IMG/VR virus record: IMGVR_UViG_3300025652_008830
Coordinates: 1 to 30,429 of that record
Length of the DNA stretch: 30,429 nt
Strand: one strand, 5' to 3'
From: a virus
Lineage: Duplodnaviria > Caudoviricetes
Shown: in pieces, positions 8,176-15,992 of the stretch
How positions within the stretch are numbered: the first letter of the stretch is position 1
Layout: each line of letters begins with the position of its first letter
Translations under genes and position numbers: made by a program
The notes under the pieces: generated by a model
The model's input: only the letters and a program-made list of their open reading frames with translations
Database searches by the model: none
Told to the model about the DNA's origin: nothing

Positions 8176-9720
8176 ATGATATTCTCATATGAAATAGAAA
8201 AGAAGGTTCTGAGCGGGCTTTTGCAGCACCCCGAAAAGTGGGAGGAGGTTTCTTCCTTTCTTAATGATTCCGATTTTTACAGTGAAGATTCTAAGGTTAA
8301 TATTTCTATATTCAAGCTTATAAGAAATGCTCTTGATAACGCGGAAATCATAGATGAAACAATTCTCATTCAGCGACTTGATCAACTTAAAGTTTCTTTT
8401 CCAGACAGCATAGATATTTCTGAATATGTTTTTTCTTTGGCTTTCTATAAGATAAGTGATGAAATTTTTATCTCATCGGTTAAGGAGCTTAAAAAATATA
8501 CAGCAAGAAGAGAAATTTATAATTCCTGCAAGGATGTGGCCGCCTTCGTTAAGAAGGCTGACCCAAGCTTAAGGTATGGAGAAATAGTTGAGAAGGCTGA
8601 TAAAATTTATAACGACAGTATACAAAAGTTTGAAATATCAGACTCTGGTCCTGTGGATTTGTTTGGTATGATGGAAGATGTAGTTGAAGAGAGAGGAAAC
8701 AATCCAGTCACCTTCTTTGGCTTAAGGGGGCCTCACAAAAGATTAGAGGAAATTTATGGATCTTTGCTGCTAGCAGGAAATATTACTGTTGTAGTCGCGA
8801 GGAGTGGAGTGGGTAAAACTCAATTCTGTATGGATTTTACAACTAAGGCAGCAGCTTTGAATAATAAGGTTCCAATCCTTCATTTCGACAACGGAGAAAT
8901 GAGCGAAGAGGAGTTGATATATCGTCAGTGTTCTGCTATATCTGGAATTCCAGTATGGTTACTTCAAACTGGAAAATGGAGGACATCAACTTATGGGGAC
9001 CTAACTCAAGAACAGGTTGTTGCTAAAGTTAGGTCTGCTTGGAAAAAAATCAAAGGCATCCAGTTTTATTATGAAAATGTAGCTGGCATGTCTGTTGATG
9101 AAATGTGTTCCGTTTTAAAGAGGTTTTATTATTCAAAAATAGGAAGAGGAAACCCTCTTATCTTTAGCTTCGACTATATTAAAAGCGATTTCAGTAACTT
9201 GGGTAAGTCTGATGGTTGGCAACAAGTAGGTAGAATGGTTGATAGCTTTAAGCAAGCTATCCATAAAGAGTTATGCTTTGATGGTAAGCCTTGTGTTTCC
9301 ATGATAACCTCGGTCCAATCAAATAGGCTCGGCATTACAACAAATAGGCAAGCTGGTAGTATTGTTGATGACGAAAGTGTAGTGTCTCTATCCGACAACA
9401 TTACTCAGTTCTGTTCTCACTTATTCCTTTTGCGTAAAAAAGTCGCAGAAGAAATACATGAAGAAGGTGATAGTTTTGGAACACATAAACTAATCAATTT
9501 GAAGTCTCGCCATATGGGCAAATCCGCATTAAGAGGAATAAACCCAGTTAGGATGCCAGACGGAACTAATAAAAACAATTACCTTAACCTTAAGATAGAA
9601 AACTTCAACATAAAAGAGCTCGGAGATTTGCAGGACTACGTTGACTCAGTAAACAACGAAGATGTCGGGGTGGTTGAGAATGATATATCTGACGATATAC
9701 CAAATGTATTATCTACATGA
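8176..9720 (+). CDS. dnaB: Replicative DNA helicase, DnaB family
   Basis: N-terminal EKKVLSGLL, Walker A VARSGVGKT, FDNGEM, FDYI, QSNR, KSRH; no intein. Confidence 0.9.
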   Translation: MIFSYEIEKKVLSGLLQHPEKWEEVSSFLNDSDFYSEDSKVNISIFKLIRNALDNAEIIDETILIQRLDQLKVSFPDSIDISEYVFSLAFYKISDEIFISSVKELKKYTARREIYNSCKDVAAFVKKADPSLRYGEIVEKADKIYNDSIQKFEISDSGPVDLFGMMEDVVEERGNNPVTFFGLRGPHKRLEEIYGSLLLAGNITVVVARSGVGKTQFCMDFTTKAAALNNKVPILHFDNGEMSEEELIYRQCSAISGIPVWLLQTGKWRTSTYGDLTQEQVVAKVRSAWKKIKGIQFYYENVAGMSVDEMCSVLKRFYYSKIGRGNPLIFSFDYIKSDFSNLGKSDGWQQVGRMVDSFKQAIHKELCFDGKPCVSMITSVQSNRLGITTNRQAGSIVDDESVVSLSDNITQFCSHLFLLRKKVAEEIHEEGDSFGTHKLINLKSRHMGKSALRGINPVRMPDGTNKNNYLNLKIENFNIKELGDLQDYVDSVNNEDVGVVENDISDDIPNVLST

Positions 9721-10766
9721 CCGATTACAAAAAAATATTAGAAGAGCTAGGGTATAGGTTAAAAGACCACGGATCTTATTGGAGAACAAATGCCCTATAT
9801 AGATCTGGAGACAACGCCTCTGCAATTCAAATTTATAAAGACACAGGGGTTTGGAAAGACTTCGTAGAAGATACTGAATTTTTACCCTTTCAAGCTCTAT
9901 TAGAAAAGACTCTAAATACAAAAGACCAGTCAATATTAAAGCCTTACCTAAATAACAGTTCTTTAAATACGCTAAGTCGCCCATACCAAAAAAAACTTTT
10001 GAAAGAAGAAAAAACATATAGTCGAGCAGCCTTAACAAAGTTATTGCCTCATTACGATTTTTATTTAGACAAGGGAATATCTCAGTCTACACTGGAAAAA
10101 TTTAATTGCGGTTTAGCCATGTCTAACAAAATGTATCAAAGAATGGTGTTCCCTGTTTTTCGTTCTGATGGGAAAATACACGGCTTCTCAGGTAGAAAAA
10201 CAACAAATGACAAAAAACCGAAATGGCTTCATGTCGGAAGGTGTTCTGATTGGTTTTATCCTTATTATTCAGTTAAAGAAATAGAGAAAGAGATCTTGTC
10301 GAAGAAAACCCTTCATATAGTTGAGTCTATAGGAGATTGTCTGTCGCTTTATGAAAGCGGAGTAAAAAACGTTTTAGTATCCTTCGGTTTAAATATATCC
10401 CCAAAATTTATATCAAAGTTGAGCGCGATGCCAATTGATAAAATATTCGTATCTTTTAATAATGATTTTAATTCAGAAAGAAACAGGGGTTTTGAGGGTG
10501 CTATTAAATCAATATTTAAGCTCTCAGATTGCACTGATTTTGAAAAGATATATTTTGCTCCGCCAACAAGCAACGACTTTGGTGAAATGACAAAAGATGA
10601 AATCGATCTTTATATAAAACACTGTAATGCGTTAGATCATGAAAAATCTTCTTCTTCTATTGTATCTATTGCAGAAGACATGGAAGATCGTGGTATAAAC
10701 AAAGCATTTTCGTCTAATTTTAAAAAATACAAGAAAACATACAATTTTAATTATGGAAACATCTAA
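9717..10766 (+). CDS. dnaG: DnaG-like primase (TOPRIM)
   Basis: RMVFPV...IHGFSGR...KPKW, IVESIGDCLSL, SFG, SFNND, NDFGEM; ATGA-coupled to dnaB. Confidence 0.8.
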   Translation: MTDYKKILEELGYRLKDHGSYWRTNALYRSGDNASAIQIYKDTGVWKDFVEDTEFLPFQALLEKTLNTKDQSILKPYLNNSSLNTLSRPYQKKLLKEEKTYSRAALTKLLPHYDFYLDKGISQSTLEKFNCGLAMSNKMYQRMVFPVFRSDGKIHGFSGRKTTNDKKPKWLHVGRCSDWFYPYYSVKEIEKEILSKKTLHIVESIGDCLSLYESGVKNVLVSFGLNISPKFISKLSAMPIDKIFVSFNNDFNSERNRGFEGAIKSIFKLSDCTDFEKIYFAPPTSNDFGEMTKDEIDLYIKHCNALDHEKSSSSIVSIAEDMEDRGINKAFSSNFKKYKKTYNFNYGNI

Positions 10767-11796
10767 CAAACCTCTATCCGCATCTAGGATTAAAACACTC
10801 CAAATGTGTTCTTGGCAATACTGGTCAAAATATCATTTGCGTTTACCCGATAAATCTAATCATGGTTCTCTTCGTGGCACAATTTGTCACGCAGTTTTTG
10901 AATTATTGGGAGATCCAAGACACAAACATCATTATACTAAAATAGTAAAAAAACAAAACATTCAAGCATCCCCAGCAATCGACAGGATGGTTTTGTCTTA
11001 TTCTAAAAAGTATGGTATAGATGATTTTGAGAATCTAGATTTAGTAAACCAAATGATCTTGGAGGGTTTAAATTATGATTTCTTTGGAGACAAGGACGGC
11101 AAGCCTACAAAGGCAATATCAGAAGAGAAGTTCGATATATCTGTTGATGAAGATGGGAAGTCTTACAGAATCCTTGGGTTTATAGACAAGCTTTACTTGT
11201 TTAAAAGAAAAAAAACCGCCCTCATTAGGGACTTTAAAACATCCAAGGCGATCTTCGCGGGGAAAGAATATGAAGACAATATGCAGGATTTAATGTATTG
11301 TTTGGCCATCAAGCATTTATACCCTGAATACATTAAGAGAAAAATGGAATTTCTGTTTTTAAAGTTCGACTGTAACAATGAGGGGTTGCTTGAAATGGAA
11401 CCAATTGATACAGATGAGTTAGAGGGTTTCGAATATTTTTTAACAGAAGTCCAAGGAATTATCAATAACTTTGATGAAAAAACAGCAAAGAGTAATTTAG
11501 CTTACGACAAAGGCTATCCAAAAAAAGAAGACGGGTTCGCTGGCAAGATTGTTTGCGGTTTTGCCGATTATGCTGGTAAACTCAAGAAGGACGGGACCCC
11601 AATGTGGCATTGCCCCTTTAAATTTGCCTTTGATTATTACCATCTCCTTGACAAGGATGGCGTATTTGTTTCTTCTGCATATGACAAGGGAACCTTGCAG
11701 AAAAAGCTTGACGATGGTGTCGGCAACGAGATTAAAAAACTTAGATATAAAGGTTGTCCAGCTTTTCGGGTTGACAACGTTAGCAATTTGCTTTAA
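10753..11796 (+). CDS. PD-(D/E)XK exonuclease (RecB/AddB/Cas4-like)
   Basis: LSASRIKTLQMC, GTICHAVFE, GFIDKL, IRDFKTS, QDLMY; C-terminal cysteines. Confidence 0.85.
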   Translation: METSNKPLSASRIKTLQMCSWQYWSKYHLRLPDKSNHGSLRGTICHAVFELLGDPRHKHHYTKIVKKQNIQASPAIDRMVLSYSKKYGIDDFENLDLVNQMILEGLNYDFFGDKDGKPTKAISEEKFDISVDEDGKSYRILGFIDKLYLFKRKKTALIRDFKTSKAIFAGKEYEDNMQDLMYCLAIKHLYPEYIKRKMEFLFLKFDCNNEGLLEMEPIDTDELEGFEYFLTEVQGIINNFDEKTAKSNLAYDKGYPKKEDGFAGKIVCGFADYAGKLKKDGTPMWHCPFKFAFDYYHLLDKDGVFVSSAYDKGTLQKKLDDGVGNEIKKLRYKGCPAFRVDNVSNLL

Positions 11797-11799
11797 TAT
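11771..11799 (+). promoter_or_regulatory. Sigma70-type promoter embedded in the 3' end of the nuclease gene
   Basis: TTGACA(11771-11776)-N17-TAATAT(11794-11799); ATG at 11807 follows after 7 nt. Confidence 0.7.
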
Positions 11800-11806
11800 T
11801 GCATTT

Positions 11807-12526
11807 ATGATACCGCTATTTAAGAGCCAGTTTAGCATTGGTAAATCTATTTTAACTATTGATGATATTGTTGATATTGCGAAAAACAAATCACTAGAAG
11901 AGGTTGTCTGCGTGGAAGATTCTTTTTTTGGTTTTAGATCTTTAAAAAGCAAGCTCTCAGAAGCAGGTATCAAGTTTATTTTCGGGATAAGGTTGTCAGT
12001 TGTTCAGGATTCTAACGACTCTGATTTGCGTCCTAGTAAACTTGTATTTTTTGCTAAAAATAATGATGGGGTAAAAGCCTTAAGGTCTCTTTATACCTCG
12101 GCTCACACAAGCGATAGTGGTTCGCTTTCTCTTGCTGATTATAAAAAATCATTTTTCAAGGACATAAAAGTAGCTGTACCCTTCTACGATTCTTATATTT
12201 ATAATAATATTTTTATGTTTGGGTTGTCAGAGCTGTGCTTAAGTGGTATCGAACACACTTACTTTGTTGAGGAAAATAACCATCCTTTTGATTTTCAGAT
12301 AAAGAGGGTGATGGATTCTTTGGGTGTCGAGACAACTCAATGTAAGAGTATATACTATAAAAACAAAGAAGACTTTCATGCCTTTCAGATGCACAAAGCT
12401 ATCTGCAACAGGAGAATGGGCAGAAGCCCTACTTTTTCAAGCCCCAATCTGAACGATTTCGCATCTGATGAATTTTCTTTCGAGTCTTATCTTGAAAAAA
12501 ATCAAAAAGAAGTTATTAGTGTATAA
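11807..12526 (+). CDS. Stand-alone, degenerate PHP domain of DNA polymerase III alpha (split DnaE N-part)
   Basis: True start is likely MIPLFKSQFSIGKS (the track start at 11549 overlaps the upstream gene). It aligns by eye to the DnaE PHP pattern (HxHSxYS..DG, AxTDH, GIKxIxGxE, LxxLAKNxxG) as KSQFSIGKS, VCVEDS, GIKFIFGIR, LVFFAKNNDG, with the metal ligands lost. Confidence 0.75.
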   Translation: MIPLFKSQFSIGKSILTIDDIVDIAKNKSLEEVVCVEDSFFGFRSLKSKLSEAGIKFIFGIRLSVVQDSNDSDLRPSKLVFFAKNNDGVKALRSLYTSAHTSDSGSLSLADYKKSFFKDIKVAVPFYDSYIYNNIFMFGLSELCLSGIEHTYFVEENNHPFDFQIKRVMDSLGVETTQCKSIYYKNKEDFHAFQMHKAICNRRMGRSPTFSSPNLNDFASDEFSFESYLEKNQKEVISV

Positions 12527-12532
12527 ATATAC

Positions 12533-12760
12533 ATGGAATACGACTTTTCAGATCAAGCCGCAAGTTTTTTGAAATCTTTTGCTAAAAGGTTTTCGCACTC
12601 AAAATACGATGATCAAGATAAAAAAGATTATGATCACGAAATGACTATCTCAGAGCAATCTATGCAAGAGCTCCATGAAAACGGGGTTACGTATATAACC
12701 GAATCTGGAGATGGAGAAACAATGGTGATCAAAGTTAGTTATTCTGGTAATAAAACTTGA
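12533..12760 (+). CDS. Hypothetical acidic protein (75 aa)
   Basis: ORF preceded by GTGTATAAATATAC (12519-12532). Confidence 0.65.
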   Translation: MEYDFSDQAASFLKSFAKRFSHSKYDDQDKKDYDHEMTISEQSMQELHENGVTYITESGDGETMVIKVSYSGNKT

Positions 12761-12776
12761 TCCATGCATTAAAAGA

Positions 12777-12804
12777 TTGACTAGTTTACATTTTGTGTTA
12801 CTCT
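12777..12804 (+). promoter_or_regulatory. Possible sigma70-type promoter
   Basis: TTGACT(12777-12782)-N16-TACTCT(12799-12804) with TGn; weaker match. Confidence 0.45.
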
Positions 12805-12816
12805 CTAATCAGAGTA

Positions 12817-13431
12817 ATGCTTAAATACGATCAAAAATACATAGTCTTTGATACAGAGACAGAAGGATTAAACCTTCATTCATCTAAGCCTTGGCAAATT
12901 GCTTGGATTGTTTGTCAGGGTTACAAGATTATAGAGACTCATAATAGGTTTTTAGATTTTGATGACCTTGAAATTCCAGATATAGTAAGAAAACTTACAG
13001 GATTCTCTTGGGACACTTATAACAAAAAGAAAGAAGATCCAGAAACTGTTCTTGCCGACTTTGAGGAATACTTGTATGACCCTCAATACAAAATAATAGG
13101 TCAAAATTTATTAGGCTTTGATGTCTATATGATAGCCGAACTCCAGAGAATGTTTGGAAGGAAAAGAGACTTTACTTATTTTGATAGAATTTATGATACC
13201 CGCGCATTGGGTAAGGCTCACAGAGAAGGGTTAGAAAAACCAAAAGAAAACTTTCTTAGCTGGCAGTACAAAATAATAAACGACAGAAGTCTAAAGTCAA
13301 AGGTTTCTCAAATTCAATTATTAAAGTATTTTGGTATTGACTTTGAAGAGGAAAAGTTGCATGATGCTCTTTATGATATTGAGATGTGTTACCAGATTTT
13401 TTGCGAACTTAAAAAAGCAATGAACTTATGA
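12817..13431 (+). CDS. dnaQ: DEDDh 3'-5' exonuclease (DnaQ/epsilon-like)
   Basis: ExoI VFDTETEGL, ExoII GQNLLGFDV, YDT, ExoIII HDALYDI; start ATG 12817. Confidence 0.85.
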   Translation: MLKYDQKYIVFDTETEGLNLHSSKPWQIAWIVCQGYKIIETHNRFLDFDDLEIPDIVRKLTGFSWDTYNKKKEDPETVLADFEEYLYDPQYKIIGQNLLGFDVYMIAELQRMFGRKRDFTYFDRIYDTRALGKAHREGLEKPKENFLSWQYKIINDRSLKSKVSQIQLLKYFGIDFEEEKLHDALYDIEMCYQIFCELKKAMNL

Positions 13432-15992
13432 TATTTGAAGACTTTACAGATTACGATGATTGCGAGCCAGCGGGAGTAGAACTTCCAAAGACTCCTGTTA
13501 ACGAGGACACCTTAATAGAGCTTGGTTTAAATTCAAATAGCTCAAACAAGGAAATAATGTACGAGTTAGCTCGCAAGGGTTTGAGGGATAAGGGCATAAC
13601 AAGCTATAAGAACAAAGAGGTTTATTTCGACAGGGTTCAAAAAGAGTTAACAATATTGGACGAGCTTGGGTTCACTGATTATATCTTACTTAATTGGGAC
13701 ATACTTAATTACTGTCACGATGAAAACATACCTACAGGGGCAGGCAGGGGTTCTGCAGCGGGCTCTCTGGTGCTTTACCTACTTGGAGTTACAAATATAG
13801 ACCCTATCCCTCACGACTTGTTTTTTGAGAGGTTTGTTTCTAAGAGCAGGGCTAAAAAAGTCACAGATAAAAACGGCAAAGAGTTCCTCGTCGGTAGCTT
13901 GCTTCCAGATGTTGACTCAGACATCTCTTACGAGAAACGACAGCAGGTTATTAAATACATCGAGGATGTGCATAAAGGGAAAACAGCTAAAATATTGACA
14001 TTCAATACGTTTAGTTCAAAGCTTTGCATTAGGGAAGCTACTAAATATTTTGATGGAGCTAAAGAGGAAGAGGCTGGTAGGGTTAGTGATATGATCCCAA
14101 AATTACACGGCAAAGTTTTTTCTCTTAATAAAGCAGAAGAAGAAAGTGAAAAATTTACAGCTTGGGCGGATAAACACAAAAAAACATTTCAAAACGCTTT
14201 AAAGGTTGAGGGTCTTACAAAGAACGTTGGTGTTCATCCATCTGGTATTGCTATTTGTTCTACAGATATTGGCGATGTAGTTCCACTCCAAAAAACAAAA
14301 GATGGTGATCTAGTTACTGCATATGACATGAACGATGTTGCAGACTTAATGGTAAAGTTTGATATACTCGGACTCAGAACCCTTACAATCGCTCACAAAA
14401 CATGTCAAAAAATAGGTTTAGATCTAGAGTTAGTAAACGAGGAAGACCCGTTTATTTATGAAACACTGCAGAACTTCAATCACCCAGTTGGTTTGTTTCA
14501 AATTTCTGCTGACACAAACTTTAGAGTATGCCAAGAAGTTAAACCCAATAATATTAATGAACTTTCTGACGTTGTAGCGCTTGCAAGGCCAGGGGCCTTG
14601 CAGTTCCTAGACGAGTATATTAATCAAAAACATGCACCAACAGATCTTAATTTGCAAAAAGACTTGGATGAAATTTTGTCTTGGTCTAATAATGTTATTC
14701 TTTACCAAGAACAATTAATGCAGATTGCCAATAAGGTTTTTGGTCTTACTTTGGACGAAGCGGAAACCTTGCGCAGAATAGTAGGAAAGAAGAAAGCAGA
14801 CGAAATGCAAGAGTGGAAGGAAAAGATTTATAACGGTGGTTTAGAAAATCATTTAGACGAAAGAATATGTGACTTTTATTGGGGTGCATTAGAAGCTTCT
14901 GCAGATTATTCTTTTAACAAGTCTCACAGTTTCGCTTATGCTAACTTAGCAGCCAAGACTGTTTACTTAAAATACAAACACCCGAAGGAATTCTTTTTGT
15001 CTGTCCTTGAGTCTTCTGAGTTCGAGCCAGAACCATTAAAAACAGTCAACAGTGTAAACGAAGAGCTTTGTGATTTTGGTATTGTGCTACTTCCTCCAAG
15101 TCTTTTTAAATCAGATATAAACTTCAAGATTGAAGGTGCAAATATCAGATACGGTTTAAATAGCATCAAGGGGATTTCTCTTAAAGCTCTTGAGAGTTTA
15201 GTAGACTTTAGAGGTGTTGAGTTTAATAATAAGTATGAGGTTTTTGGCGCAGCAAAAGAGTGCGGTATTAACATATCTGTCTTAGCTGCCTTGATTCAGG
15301 CTGGGACTATGGATGACAAGACTGATAATAGAAGTCGTTTAGTTCTTGAGGCTCAAGCATTCAACTTATTGACAGAGAGAGAGAAGAGGAACTTCGTTAA
15401 AATAGGAGAAAGATTTGGATATGACATATTAAACTCTATAGCAGATGTTGTTGACACAAAAGTTTTAGGAGATGATAACAAGCCTATAATTTCAGAGAAA
15501 AGGTTCGAAACATTCAAAAGAAACTTTCTTAAGTATAGGGAGATTTATAACAAGAATAAAAGCCACGAAAAGTTCACAAACTGGTGGTATGAAAACAGCC
15601 TTCTTGGTTATAGCTATTCATATTCTCTTAATGAGTGCTTTGAAGCAGATTACGGAAGATTAGAAACGCTTAAAGAAGTTTCTCTATTAAGCTCTGCAGA
15701 TAAATTTAAAGCCGTGTGTCAGGTCAAAGATTTCTTTACAAGAATATCCACTAATGGCAATAAATATATGATGATAGAGGCGTCTGACAATACCGCTTCA
15801 ACAAAGTTGTTGTTAATGGACAATCAAAGAGAAGAAAAACTTTCCAATTTCCTTGCTAAAAGCAAAATTAAAAAAGAGGATATAATAATTATAAATGCCA
15901 CAAAAAGCGATGGAGGAACTAGTTTCGTAGATACGATAAAAGTAGTAGATACAAAAATATTAATGAAATCAAGAGACATAAAGAAAAAATGA
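13428..15992 (+). CDS. dnaE: DNA polymerase III alpha core (DnaE without PHP)
   Basis: GAGRGSAAGSLVLYLLGVTNIDP, FFERF, PDVDSD, HPSG, KFDILGL, YQEQLM, YSFNKSH, IRYGLNSIKGI and a probable C-terminal OB fold. Confidence 0.95.
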   Translation: MIFEDFTDYDDCEPAGVELPKTPVNEDTLIELGLNSNSSNKEIMYELARKGLRDKGITSYKNKEVYFDRVQKELTILDELGFTDYILLNWDILNYCHDENIPTGAGRGSAAGSLVLYLLGVTNIDPIPHDLFFERFVSKSRAKKVTDKNGKEFLVGSLLPDVDSDISYEKRQQVIKYIEDVHKGKTAKILTFNTFSSKLCIREATKYFDGAKEEEAGRVSDMIPKLHGKVFSLNKAEEESEKFTAWADKHKKTFQNALKVEGLTKNVGVHPSGIAICSTDIGDVVPLQKTKDGDLVTAYDMNDVADLMVKFDILGLRTLTIAHKTCQKIGLDLELVNEEDPFIYETLQNFNHPVGLFQISADTNFRVCQEVKPNNINELSDVVALARPGALQFLDEYINQKHAPTDLNLQKDLDEILSWSNNVILYQEQLMQIANKVFGLTLDEAETLRRIVGKKKADEMQEWKEKIYNGGLENHLDERICDFYWGALEASADYSFNKSHSFAYANLAAKTVYLKYKHPKEFFLSVLESSEFEPEPLKTVNSVNEELCDFGIVLLPPSLFKSDINFKIEGANIRYGLNSIKGISLKALESLVDFRGVEFNNKYEVFGAAKECGINISVLAALIQAGTMDDKTDNRSRLVLEAQAFNLLTEREKRNFVKIGERFGYDILNSIADVVDTKVLGDDNKPIISEKRFETFKRNFLKYREIYNKNKSHEKFTNWWYENSLLGYSYSYSLNECFEADYGRLETLKEVSLLSSADKFKAVCQVKDFFTRISTNGNKYMMIEASDNTASTKLLLMDNQREEKLSNFLAKSKIKKEDIIIINATKSDGGTSFVDTIKVVDTKILMKSRDIKKK

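Noticed and set aside
11549-11806. N-terminal extension of the 325-aa ORF in the track
   Set aside because: It overlaps the nuclease gene in another frame; the promoter position and PHP similarity point to ATG 11807.
6124-15992. Inteins or introns in recA, dnaB or dnaE, including a split intein joining PHP and core
   Set aside because: Protein lengths are ordinary and I found no Cys/Ser...His-Asn splice motifs or LAGLIDADG inserts.
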